Source of the DNA: Bacillota bacterium
Lineage (GTDB): Bacteria; Bacillota; Clostridia; Christensenellales; SZUA-584
Assembly: GCA_023406895.1 (NCBI GenBank)
Contig: JAEXTV010000030.1
Location: 13,921-77,920 of the forward strand
Reading direction: 5' to 3'
DNA length: 64,000 bases
Shown here: positions 18,959 through 27,976 of the stretch, in pieces
Position numbering within the stretch: position 1 is the first letter of the stretch
Layout of the letters: each line of letters opens with the position of its first letter
Position numbers and translations under genes: made by a program
The notes under the pieces: generated by a model
The model's database searches: none
What the model saw: only the letters and a program-made list of their open reading frames with translations
Told to the model about the DNA's origin: nothing

Positions 18959-20118
18959 AGTTCTCTCAGGCACTGAAAATGGCGTTTGTGGCGTTGAAGG
19001 GCAATAAGATGCGCTCATTCCTCACGATGCTCGGTATCATCATCGGCGTGATTGCGGTGACGCTGCTGATATCCGTGGTACAGGGTGCAACGGGCGAGAT
19101 TACCGGGCAGATAGAGAGCCTCGGGTCGAACCTGCTGCAGGTTTCGATGACAGGTCAGGAACCCACCTATTTAACGATGGCCGATTTGAACAGGCTCAAG
19201 GAAGATCCGTCCGTTTACGGGGTAACGGGCATTGTCTCGCGCACGGTGAATGTGACGGCGGGCGTGGAAGACGGCGACTATAAGGTGGAAGGCGTAACGG
19301 GCAGCTATCAGCAGATTACGGGCCAGAATATCGAATACGGGCGCTTCATTTGCGATATCGATGTGGAGGCGCACAGCTACAATGCCGTGGTGGGCACGGA
19401 TGTGGCAGACGAGCTGTTCGGCACGAAAGACTGCATCGGCAACACGCTGGAGATTCAAGGGTTCGATTTCACGGTGGTGGGGCTGCTTGAGCCCTCCGAT
19501 ACAATGCTCGCAAACAAGGACACGACGATCATCATTCCGCTGACAACAGCGCAGCGGCTGTTTACTGACAAGGAGTTTGACACGCTGTACGTGTCCGCGA
19601 TGTCGCCCGATACGGTGGACGCGGCGGAAGACGCCACGGATGATTTTCTGACGCGCGAGCTCGGGAACGACGAAGACTACATCATTATCAACCAGAGCGC
19701 GATCATTGATGTGATGAACGACGTGATGAGCGTCATGACGATTCTGCTCTCGGGCATCGCAGCGATATCGCTGCTTGTCGGCGGCATCGGCATTATGAAC
19801 ATCATGCTCGTGTCGGTCACGGAGCGTACGCGTGAGATCGGTATCAGAAAAGCCATCGGCGCGCAGCGTACGGATATCCTTTCGCAATTCCTGATTGAGG
19901 CGGTGGTGCTGTCTGTCTCGGGCGGGATTATCGGCATCGGCCTCAGTTACATCGGCCTGCAGGTGATTGGCACGGCGATGGAGATTTCGATGAGCATGTC
20001 GGCGGGCACCATCGCGCTGGCGCTCGGTTTCTCGGCATTTGTGGGCGTGGTGTTCGGCATCTATCCCGCGAACAAGGCCGCGACATTGAAACCGATTGAT
20101 GCGTTGCGGTACGAATAG
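18955..20118 (+). CDS. ABC transporter permease, FtsX/MacB family
   Basis: N-terminal TM, large extracytoplasmic domain, C-terminal FtsX-type 3-TM bundle (ERTREIGIRKAIGA motif). ATGA overlap with the ATPase gene. Confidence 0.9.
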
Positions 20119-20135
20119 AATTGTGAGATTAGGCT

Positions 20136-20263
20136 CCTTTGGTAAGTAGCTGTCAGCGAAGCTGACTGAGGATTGATCATAAAAGCAATTGGTTTTGATA
20201 TTTCAGCGATTCATACCGCAATCCTCCGTCACACTGTGTGTGCCACCTCCTTTCAAAAGGAGG
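20136..20263 (+). repeat. Hairpin-dense intergenic element (REP/MITE-like)
   Basis: GTCAGC-GAA-GCTGAC hairpin (20152-66). Long-range inverted repeat GAGGATTG (20168-75) with CAATCCTC (20219-26). CCTCCTT-TCAA-AAGGAGG hairpin (20246-63). Confidence 0.6.
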
Positions 20264-20301
20264 CTAAGGACACAGGATAAGAAGCAAATAGAACATATGA
20301 G

Positions 20302-20331
20302 CCATACCGCTTTGCGGTATGGTTTATTTCT
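20302..20331 (+). terminator. Intrinsic terminator
   Basis: CCATACCGC-TTT-GCGGTATGG followed by TTTATTTC. Confidence 0.8.
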
Positions 20332-20333
20332 TG

Positions 20334-20380
20334 TTGACAATCTAACAGTTGTTAGATATAATCTCTCTAACAATTGTTAG
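20334..20380 (+). promoter_or_regulatory. Consensus promoter with two copies of a 14-bp palindromic operator (probable TetR autoregulation)
   Basis: TTGACA 20334-39, 17-nt spacer, TATAAT 20357-62. CTAACAGTTGTTAG (20342-55, inside the spacer) and CTAACAATTGTTAG (20367-80, just downstream of -10). Confidence 0.75.
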
Positions 20381-20394
20381 GGAGAGTAATAACA

Positions 20395-21009
20395 ATGGCT
20401 GAAGAAACGACGAAACAAAAAATACTCGATGTCGCGCTGGAGCTGTTTGCAAAAGACGGGTACACGTCAGTCTCAATCCGGGATATCTGCGGGCAGGTGG
20501 GCATCAAAGAAAGCACGGTTTACTACCATTTTGAAAACAAGCGTGCGATATTCGAGGCGCTTTCGCTAAGGTTTCAGGCCATGGCCACGGACATGATGCG
20601 CCGTCTCGATGAGGCAATGGCTGATGTGAACGGAGCGGATACAAGTTTTTTCTCCACGGTATCCGATGCCTTTTTTGAAAATTATCTGATGGACGATTTT
20701 TGCAACCGGTTCATTCGCCTGATGTCTCTCGAACAGATGACCAGTGAAGAGGTTCAACAGCTGTATAGTAAATGGATGTTTGACGAACCGCTGCGGTTTC
20801 AGAGCCGGATTTTTGAGAAGCTGACAGAGGCCGGAATCATCTCAGCGTCGGACAGCGAATACCTCGCGGTGAAGTATTATTCGCCGATTTTTCTATTCAC
20901 CCAGCGATATCTGTTAAGCGGGCCGTTAACGGAAGAAAAGAAAACGGCGTTTCGGTCGGAAATCGACCGCCATATATCACAATTTTTTATGGAATGCGGG
21001 GTCAGGTAG
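20395..21009 (+). CDS. TetR/AcrR family transcriptional regulator
   Basis: N-terminal TetR HTH (ILDVALELFAKDGYTSVSIRDICGQVGIKESTVYYHF). ATG 20395 follows a GGGAGAG RBS. Confidence 0.9.
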   Translation: MAEETTKQKILDVALELFAKDGYTSVSIRDICGQVGIKESTVYYHFENKRAIFEALSLRFQAMATDMMRRLDEAMADVNGADTSFFSTVSDAFFENYLMDDFCNRFIRLMSLEQMTSEEVQQLYSKWMFDEPLRFQSRIFEKLTEAGIISASDSEYLAVKYYSPIFLFTQRYLLSGPLTEEKKTAFRSEIDRHISQFFMECGVR

Positions 21010-21010
21010 C

Positions 21011-21787
21011 ATGTCAAACATCATCATCACTGGCGCGAATCAGGGGATAGGGTATTACATGGTGGAGAAGCTGCTGGAGGACGGGCATTCGGCGGCTGTG
21101 CTCGATATTGACATAGCGAATCTGGAGCCGCTGCGGAAAACGTACGGGCAAAGGCTGCTGCCGCTTGTCTGTGATGCGCGTGACGCCCAAAGCATTGAGA
21201 AAAGCGTTGCAGAGGCTGTGAAGGCCTTTGAGACGATTGACATCGCGGTGCACAACGCGTGTGTGTGTACGTTTGCCCCGGCAGCAGATACAGCCGAAGA
21301 GGTTTATCATGATGTGTTCAACGTCAATTATTATGGGGCGCTGAGGCTAGCCAAAGCGGTTGTGCCTTATATGAAGCGGCAGAAGCGCGGCAAAGTGATA
21401 TTCACGAGCTCCGGCGTGGGTGTGATGGGCTTTGTGAACATCAGCCCATATGCGTCAAGCAAAGGCGCGCTTGAGAGCCTTGCGAAGTGCCTTGGTATTG
21501 AGTATGGAAATGACGGCATCACGTTTCATCTGTTTCACCCGCCGCTCACACGCACGGCCTCGGCAGCGCCGTTGCCGGTTCCCGGCGAGTTCAAGGCAGA
21601 CCCGAAAAAGGTGGGCAGGGGGCTCGCGAAGCATATCGGCTCCAAGCGGTTTATCATCTGTCACAGCTTCATGCAGAAGGTGCAGACGATGGGGTGTTAC
21701 CTTTTCCCGGTGAAGATGGGGCGGCTGATGAGCAAGATGACGGTCGGTTACGCGGCGGAGCAGGAGACAAAAATCAGCTCCAATTAA
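21011..21787 (+). CDS. SDR family oxidoreductase
   Basis: TGANQGIG cofactor motif and YASSK catalytic motif. The gene starts 2 nt after the tetR stop. Confidence 0.88.
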   Translation: MSNIIITGANQGIGYYMVEKLLEDGHSAAVLDIDIANLEPLRKTYGQRLLPLVCDARDAQSIEKSVAEAVKAFETIDIAVHNACVCTFAPAADTAEEVYHDVFNVNYYGALRLAKAVVPYMKRQKRGKVIFTSSGVGVMGFVNISPYASSKGALESLAKCLGIEYGNDGITFHLFHPPLTRTASAAPLPVPGEFKADPKKVGRGLAKHIGSKRFIICHSFMQKVQTMGCYLFPVKMGRLMSKMTVGYAAEQETKISSN

Positions 21788-21916
21788 GGGGCGATGCCTT
21801 AGAATCCGATATTTTGATTCGGAACGGTCAAGACCGTTCCCTACAAGAATTGAAAAAATACTGAGCCTGCATCGCTAAGTTCTTAATATGATATACTTTC
21901 TGATTTTATCGAAACC

Positions 21917-21950
21917 CCTGCCCTGTCCCGCTGCGACAGGGCGGTTTTAT
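21917..21950 (+). terminator. Intrinsic terminator
   Basis: CCTGCCCTGTC ... GACAGGGCGG stem followed by TTTTAT. Confidence 0.7.
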
Positions 21951-22040
21951 GTATGCAAAGGGAGATATTCCTTTGGCAAGACAAGAATCTTGGTGATGAT
22001 TTCAATTGAAAAAATTGTTATAATCAATGCAGCAAGGCTA

Positions 22041-22071
22041 TTGACTCTGACACCGTGTCGCCGTTTATACT
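22041..22071 (+). promoter_or_regulatory. MerR-type promoter with 19-bp spacer and internal palindrome
   Basis: TTGACT 22041-46, 19-nt spacer containing GACAC-C-GTGTC, TATACT 22066-71. It sits immediately upstream of the MerR gene. Confidence 0.65.
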
Positions 22072-22094
22072 CCATTCTTGTAAGGAGTGAGAAT

Positions 22095-23072
22095 ATGCAA
22101 GGGATGACCATCAGCGAGGTTTCAAAAAGATACCGGGTATCCACGCGCATGCTGCGCTATTACGAGCAGTTCGGGTTAATCGAGAGCTACCGCCGCGAGA
22201 ACTATGCCTACCGCATGTACGACGAAGCGACGCTCATGCGCCTTCGGCAGATCGTGATACTGCGCAAGCTGAGGATACCGCTCAAACAGATCAGGGTGAT
22301 ACTGCAGAGCCCGGAGGCTGTGACAGCGGTGGAGGTTTTCCGGCGGAATCTGGCTGAAATTGATGAGCAGATCACAGCATTGACCACAATCAGAAGCATA
22401 CTGAGCCGCTTTCTCGAAGAGCTGAACAAAACGGCTCAGGTGTCTGTTCACAAGCTGCTGACATCCGACGACGCCCTGCTCGCGTCCATAGAATCACTGT
22501 CTTATGCGAATTTAAACACAATGGAGGATAAGACGATGGATGATTTAAAAAAAGCGGAGAAAAGCCTCGAAAAGCTCACGGATGTGCGCATCATTCGCCT
22601 GCCGCCGTCGGCGGTGGCCTCGGCCCATTACATTGGAGAAGAACCGGAAGCGTATGTCAGCGAGATCATTGACAAATTTGTGCGCGAATATGATTTGTGC
22701 CGCGTCAAGCCCGATTTGCGCAATTACGGCTTTAACCATCCTAATCCCTCGGATGAAAGCGGTGCTCACGGGTATGAGATGTGGGTGACCATACCCGAGG
22801 ATATGGAAGTGCCGGCACCGCTGACCAAGCGCTACTTTGAGGGGGGGCTCTATGCCGCCCATATGATACCGATGGGCAATTTCCACGAATGGGAGTGGCT
22901 GCTCGATTGGGTCAAGGGCCATGAGAAATATGACTTTGCCGGAGATATGAGCGATCAGCAGCACATGTGCGGCCTTCTGGAGGAGCAGCTGAACTATGTG
23001 ACCCATGTGAACCAAGGCGTTAACCCCGAGGATTTGCAGCTCGATTTGCTGATGCCTATTAAGGAACGGTAG
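22095..23072 (+). CDS. MerR family transcriptional regulator with C-terminal GyrI-like effector-binding domain (BmrR-like)
   Basis: MTISEVSKRYRVSTRMLRYYEQFGLI HTH, coiled-coil linker, about 150-aa C-terminal GyrI-like region. AAGGAG RBS before ATG 22095. The track start at 21888 is an extension. Confidence 0.85.
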   Translation: MQGMTISEVSKRYRVSTRMLRYYEQFGLIESYRRENYAYRMYDEATLMRLRQIVILRKLRIPLKQIRVILQSPEAVTAVEVFRRNLAEIDEQITALTTIRSILSRFLEELNKTAQVSVHKLLTSDDALLASIESLSYANLNTMEDKTMDDLKKAEKSLEKLTDVRIIRLPPSAVASAHYIGEEPEAYVSEIIDKFVREYDLCRVKPDLRNYGFNHPNPSDESGAHGYEMWVTIPEDMEVPAPLTKRYFEGGLYAAHMIPMGNFHEWEWLLDWVKGHEKYDFAGDMSDQQHMCGLLEEQLNYVTHVNQGVNPEDLQLDLLMPIKER

Positions 23073-23310
23073 AACACACAAACAAAGCGCCCTGTCGCAC
23101 ATGACATGGCGCCTCCGGAGTGTGAACAAACCTTCTCAATGTGGGCCCCTCTGCCGACTGCCCTTTAGGGTAAACCGGAGGCTGTCACCGATAGGTGACT
23201 GGGGGAGAGAAATGTCTAAAAATTGGTTACTTCCTTCGGCACTTCGTGTCACCGTCGATCCATTCTCACGGATTATCTGGGGGATGCTTTACAGGGTTTG
23301 ATTGCCAATC

Positions 23311-23343
23311 AAAAACGCCTTGTCGTGTGACAGGGCGTTTTTT
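23311..23343. terminator. Bidirectional terminator between convergent genes
   Basis: AACGCCTTGTC-GTG-TGACAGGGCGTT stem flanked by an A-run and a T-run. Confidence 0.8.
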
Positions 23344-23376
23344 ACAGTATTGAAATATCCGGCATAAACAGAAAGC

Positions 23377-24132
23377 TTAAACGGTCAGCAGCTTGCTCAT
23401 AAACTCGCGCGTGCGCTGCTGCGACGGGTTCCTAAGCACCTCGCTGGGCGTACCCTGCTCCACCACCACGCCGCCATCCATGAACAGCACCTCGTTGGCC
23501 ACCTCGCTGGCAAAGCCCATCTCGTGCGTGACCACGACCATGGTCATATGCTCGCGCGCAAGCTGCTTCATCACGGTGAGCACCTCGCCGGTCAGCTCGG
23601 GGTCGAGCGCGGACGTCGGTTCGTCAAAACAGAGAATCTCGGGGTTAAGCGCCAGCGCTCGTGCGATGGCCACGCGCTGCTGCTGTCCGCCGGACAGCTC
23701 GCACGGATAGCTTTTCTCCTTTTCGGAGAGGCCCACCTTGCGCAGCAGCTCGCGGCAGTTATCTTCAATCGCCGCTTTGTCCGCGTTTTCCTCCTGTAGA
23801 GGGGCCAGCATCAGGTTCTGCATCACCGAGAGATGTGGGAACAGATTGAAATCCTGAAACACCATGCCGAGACGCTTTCTGAGCGCGCGCTTTTTGGCAG
23901 GCTCCGCAAAATGAATTTTGCCGCCTTCTTCGCGAAAGAGGTATTCACCGTCGATCTCAAGGCTGCCGCCGTTGACCGTTTCGAGCAGATTAACGCAGCG
24001 CAAAAACGTGCTTTTGCCCGACCCGGACGGGCCGATGATGGCGATCACATCGCCCTTGTTGACCTCAAGATCAACCCCTTTGAGCACCTCGAGCGTACCG
24101 AATTTCTTTTTGATATTTGTGGCTTTGAGCAT
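23377..24132 (-). CDS. Amino-acid ABC transporter ATP-binding protein (GlnQ/HisP type)
   Basis: Walker A GPSGSGKST, LSGGQQQRVAIARAL, ILCFDEPTSALD. Confidence 0.92.
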   Translation of the reverse strand: MLKATNIKKKFGTLEVLKGVDLEVNKGDVIAIIGPSGSGKSTFLRCVNLLETVNGGSLEIDGEYLFREEGGKIHFAEPAKKRALRKRLGMVFQDFNLFPHLSVMQNLMLAPLQEENADKAAIEDNCRELLRKVGLSEKEKSYPCELSGGQQQRVAIARALALNPEILCFDEPTSALDPELTGEVLTVMKQLAREHMTMVVVTHEMGFASEVANEVLFMDGGVVVEQGTPSEVLRNPSQQRTREFMSKLLTV

Positions 24133-24141
24133 ATTAAAAAC

Positions 24142-24804
24142 CTACCTGTAATAAGCAAATTTGCGTTCAATAACGTTGAGCAGCTTGGTCAGAAGCCCCG
24201 TCAACACAAGATAGAAAACAACCGACACAACAAACGGCATAATCGATACGTCGCGCAGCGCGGCGATCTTGGCTTCCCTTAAAAGATCGTTTATAGCGAT
24301 TGCATAAACGAGCGCCGTGTCCTTCACAAGCGTGATGATTTCATTGCCCATGGGCGGCAGTATACGCTTGGCCACCTGAGGCAGAATAATTTTCGTGAAC
24401 GTCACTCTGTTGGAGAGGCCCAGCACATGCGCCGCTTCATATTGCCCCTTGGGGATCGACTGTATGCCGCCGCGGTAGATTTCCGCAAAGTACGCCGCAT
24501 AGTTGAGAATAAACGCCAAAATCGCGGCGAATTCACGTCCGAGCGGTGCGCCGATAATCAGCGGCACGCCAAAAAACATGAACAGCAGCTGAAGCATCAG
24601 CGGTGTTCCTCGGAAATAAAAGATATAGAGCTTGGAAATACCCATGAGGACCTTGTTTTTTGACAGCCGCATCTGGCAGACCAGCAACCCGAGCGGCAGC
24701 GCGAAAAGCAAAGTGAACCCCCAAATCTCGAGTGTCACCAATGAGCCGCCCAGCATTTCTCTAAGCAAGCCGCCGAGCTTGTCTAAATCCTGAAAATATT
24801 CCAT
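24142..24804 (-). CDS. Amino-acid ABC transporter permease (HisM/GlnP type)
   Basis: Polar amino-acid permease fold with an EAA-like loop (EAAHVLGLSNRVTFTKIILPQ). Confidence 0.9.
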   Translation of the reverse strand: MEYFQDLDKLGGLLREMLGGSLVTLEIWGFTLLFALPLGLLVCQMRLSKNKVLMGISKLYIFYFRGTPLMLQLLFMFFGVPLIIGAPLGREFAAILAFILNYAAYFAEIYRGGIQSIPKGQYEAAHVLGLSNRVTFTKIILPQVAKRILPPMGNEIITLVKDTALVYAIAINDLLREAKIAALRDVSIMPFVVSVVFYLVLTGLLTKLLNVIERKFAYYR

Positions 24805-24911
24805 GGCTTTCTCCCCAATACATTTTGCATACGCTTTCTGTCAGCCAAAAAACATGTGCAAAATGATGAATGCAGGCAGACCCAATGAGCCTGCCTGCAC
24901 CCATTTGCGTA

Positions 24912-25805
24912 TTAACCGTTAATTAAAATGTCTTCGCCGAACCACTTTTCAGAGATTTCTGCGCCTTTGCCGTCGTTTATGATGGCCGTCAGCGTTTCCT
25001 GAACCTTATCTCTGAAGGATTTGTCTTCAAGACGGAACGCAATACCGTACTGCTCTTCACCAAAGTTGTCGCTGAGCACGCCGTAGAACGACGAGTCTGC
25101 ATCCTGTGCAATGTAATATCTGCCCATGATCTCATCGATCACAACGGCATCAACGCTGCCTTGCTTGAGTTCCATCAGCGCTTCCACATAATCCGGGCTT
25201 TCAATCAGCTCGCCGAACGTATCCTTCACGTCGGGCTGAGCTTCAATCGCCTGCATCGCGCTGGATTCAACCTGAGCGGCCACTGATTTGCCGGCGAGAT
25301 CCGCGATGGATTTAATGCCCGAGTCAGCTGCGACGATCACGATCTGACGGTTGTTCATGTAAGGATCGGAGAACAGCATTTTCTCGAGGCGCTCATCGGT
25401 GATGGTCAGGCCATTCCAAATCACATCGATGTTGCTGTTGGCAAGTTCCAGTTCTTTGGAATCCCAGTCGATCGGCTGCAGTTTCAATTCGAGGCCGAGA
25501 CGCGAAGCGACTTCCGCCGCAAGGTCAAGGTCAAAACCGACATGCTTGCCGCTTTCGTCCTTAAAGCCCATCGGTGCGAAGGTTTCGTCGAAACCGAGCG
25601 TGAACGAGCCTTTGTCCTCAATTGTCTGCCAGGACACATCCGCATCTGCCGAAGCTTCCGTCGATGCGGATTCCGAAGGCGCTTCAGAAGCTTCCTGCGA
25701 AGCCGAGGGAGATTCTGAAGCAGGGGTCGATGCGGCGGGCGCTGAACATGCCGCAAAGCTCAGTATCAGCACAAGAGCCAATATCATTGTCATTAACTTT
25801 TTCAT
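24912..25805 (-). CDS. Amino-acid ABC transporter substrate-binding lipoprotein (family 3 SBP)
   Basis: Signal peptide with lipobox (LSFAAC), Ser/Ala/Glu-rich linker, then a family-3 SBP core (FDLDLAAEVASRLG ... IDWDSK). Confidence 0.88.
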   Translation of the reverse strand: MKKLMTMILALVLILSFAACSAPAASTPASESPSASQEASEAPSESASTEASADADVSWQTIEDKGSFTLGFDETFAPMGFKDESGKHVGFDLDLAAEVASRLGLELKLQPIDWDSKELELANSNIDVIWNGLTITDERLEKMLFSDPYMNNRQIVIVAADSGIKSIADLAGKSVAAQVESSAMQAIEAQPDVKDTFGELIESPDYVEALMELKQGSVDAVVIDEIMGRYYIAQDADSSFYGVLSDNFGEEQYGIAFRLEDKSFRDKVQETLTAIINDGKGAEISEKWFGEDILING

Positions 25806-26001
25806 TGGTAATTCCTCCTACATACATATTTAAAATTGTTGTACATATCAAATTATAATTTAGCGCGCTAAAATAGTAAAGAGGTAATTCATTTGGTTTT
25901 GCGAATCACAGAATATACCAGCGCCTGCCAACATAATACGGATACTTTTTTGTTCTATGGCTTCCGTGGTATAATGAACCAAAAAGTACCGGAGGCGTTC
26001 T

Positions 26002-26766
26002 ATGCAGCTGAAGCCGGGTGAGAAAATTGAAGATTTGCAAAATGGGTATATGATCATACAGAATCCTGAGTACTTCGCTTTTGGGACGGATGCGGTGCTG
26101 CTCGCGGATTTTGCCGATGTGTCGGCAGGGCAGCACGTTGTCGATTTCGGAACAGGCTGCGGCATCATCCCGCTGCTGCTCTGTGCGCGCCGTCCGGACA
26201 TCCATGTGACCGGCATTGAGATACAAAGCGAGATTGCGGACATGGCGCAGCGCAGTGTCGCCGTCAACAAGCTGCAGGACCGTATCAACATCATCTGCGC
26301 AGACCTTAAGGACGCGCGAAAATATGTGCCGCACGGGGTGGACGCGGTGGTCTGCAATCCGCCGTATGAAAAGGCGGACGCGGGCAAGGATAACGGCAGT
26401 GCGCATGTGAACATCGCCAAGCGAGAAATCAAGTGTACGCTCGACGACGTGGTGAGCGCGGCGGCCAAACTGCTGCGTACGGGCGGGCGCATGTTCATGA
26501 TTTACCGAATCGAGCGGTTTGCGGAGCTGATGGACTGCATGCGGACGAAGAAGATCGAGCCCAAACGCATCCGCCTTGTCGCGCCTCAAATCGACAAAGC
26601 CCCCAATTTCGCGCTCGTGGAAGGGCGCGCCGGGGCGCATACCGGCGTTAAATTTGCGCCGACACTGGCCGTTTATGAAAAGGACGGCACCTACACCGAA
26701 GAACTCAAAAAAATCTACCGCATCGGGGAGGAAAAGCCGTGCTCTATATCGTCGCCACGCCCATAG
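26002..26766 (+). CDS. N6-adenine methyltransferase, YabB/TrmN6-like (tRNA1(Val) m6A37 family)
   Basis: SAM motif VVDFGTGCGIIP and catalytic VVCNPPY. Positioned upstream of rsmI as B. subtilis yabB is. Extended -10 promoter (TGGTATAAT) about 30 nt upstream. Confidence 0.8.
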   Translation: MQLKPGEKIEDLQNGYMIIQNPEYFAFGTDAVLLADFADVSAGQHVVDFGTGCGIIPLLLCARRPDIHVTGIEIQSEIADMAQRSVAVNKLQDRINIICADLKDARKYVPHGVDAVVCNPPYEKADAGKDNGSAHVNIAKREIKCTLDDVVSAAAKLLRTGGRMFMIYRIERFAELMDCMRTKKIEPKRIRLVAPQIDKAPNFALVEGRAGAHTGVKFAPTLAVYEKDGTYTEELKKIYRIGEEKPCSISSPRP

Positions 26767-27545
26767 GCAACCTTGAGGATATCACACTGCGTGCACTTCG
26801 TGTGCTTAAGGAAGTGGATACTATTGCGGCGGAGGATACACGCCATACGCGAAAGCTGTTAAACGCGTACGACATCAAAACGCGGTGCGTGAGCTTTCAT
26901 GAGCACAGCAACGAGGAAAAGCGCGCGTTTATATTGAGTGAACTTAAAGAAGGGCGCAATATCGCGCTTGTATCCGACGCGGGCACACCGCTCATTTCCG
27001 ATCCCGGCGCGGCGCTCGTGAGGGAAGCCGTGGAACAGGGGCTCTCTGTCACATCGGTGCCGGGCCCATGCGCGGCTGTCACCGCCGTCACGCTCTCGGG
27101 AATCGGCGGGCCGTTTTATTTCCTCGGGTTTCTTTCCAAAAAGACAGGGGAGCGCAAAAAGCAGATTGAGCAGCTCAAAGAATTCTCGATGCCGGCCGTG
27201 ATTTATGAAAGCCCTCACGCCCTGCATGAGACGCTCTGTGCGATGCAAAGCCAGTTGGGTGAACAACGGCATGTTGTTGTCGCAAAAGAACTCACAAAGC
27301 TCCATGAGCGCGTTTTCAGCGGCACGCTGGCGCAGGCTGTGTGCGAATTTGACGGCGACGTCAAAGGCGAATATGTGCTCGTGCTGGACGGTGCCGAAAA
27401 CACATGCGAAGAGGTGAGCGACAGCGATATTGAAAAAGAGATTGCAAAGCTGCTCGCCGCCGGAATGACAAAAAAAGATGCCGCAAAAGCGGCATCCGAG
27501 AAATTTGGTATCAGTAAGAACAGAGCTTACCGATTGACTTTGTAA
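26739..27545 (+). CDS. rsmI: 16S rRNA (cytidine1402-2'-O)-methyltransferase RsmI
   Basis: N-terminal LYIVATPIGNLEDIT and tetrapyrrole-methylase-fold motifs. GTG start. Overlaps the upstream gene by 28 nt. Confidence 0.9.
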   Translation: MLYIVATPIGNLEDITLRALRVLKEVDTIAAEDTRHTRKLLNAYDIKTRCVSFHEHSNEEKRAFILSELKEGRNIALVSDAGTPLISDPGAALVREAVEQGLSVTSVPGPCAAVTAVTLSGIGGPFYFLGFLSKKTGERKKQIEQLKEFSMPAVIYESPHALHETLCAMQSQLGEQRHVVVAKELTKLHERVFSGTLAQAVCEFDGDVKGEYVLVLDGAENTCEEVSDSDIEKEIAKLLAAGMTKKDAAKAASEKFGISKNRAYRLTL

Positions 27546-27554
27546 GTATCAGAC

Positions 27555-27797
27555 TTACTTAAGGCCGAGCTTGGACATGCACTCGTTGCAAACCTTCGCG
27601 CCTTTGTATTCTGTGACGCCCGAGACGCTTTCACAGAAAATGCAGGCAGGCTGATATTTGCCAAGCACGATGTGGCTGTCGTCCACAAAGATCTCGATCG
27701 GATCTTTGATGTCGATTCCCATGACTCTTCTGAGTTCGATCGGCAGCACAATACGGCCAAGCGAGTCTACTTTTCTGACGATTCCTGTTGATTTCAT
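27555..27797 (-). CDS. abrB: AbrB-family transition-state regulator
   Basis: MKSTGIVRKVDSLGRIVLPIELRR is near-identical to the B. subtilis AbrB N-terminus (SpoVT/AbrB swapped-hairpin domain). ATG 27797 lies 9 nt after GGGAG. Confidence 0.9.
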   Translation of the reverse strand: MKSTGIVRKVDSLGRIVLPIELRRVMGIDIKDPIEIFVDDSHIVLGKYQPACIFCESVSGVTEYKGAKVCNECMSKLGLK

Positions 27798-27976
27798 TCT
27801 TTTCATCTCCCAATTGATTTAATATCATATATTAAGTGTTACAATATATCAAAATATAACAAATATAGCGTCCATATGTCAACCTTTTTATATTAAAAAA
27901 TTACACCATTAATAAAACGTTCACAATTGAATATATATGATATGAGTATACATGATATGGCTGGCGGAGTAAAGAA

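Noticed and set aside
19171-19887. 238-aa antisense ORF within the MacB permease gene
   Set aside because: A shadow ORF typical of G+C-rich coding DNA, with an Arg/His-rich nonsense composition. The sense strand carries a clear FtsX-family gene.
25906-26640. 244-aa and 212-aa minus-strand ORFs opposite the yabB-like methyltransferase
   Set aside because: Shadow ORFs. The plus-strand product has the SAM and NPPY motifs.
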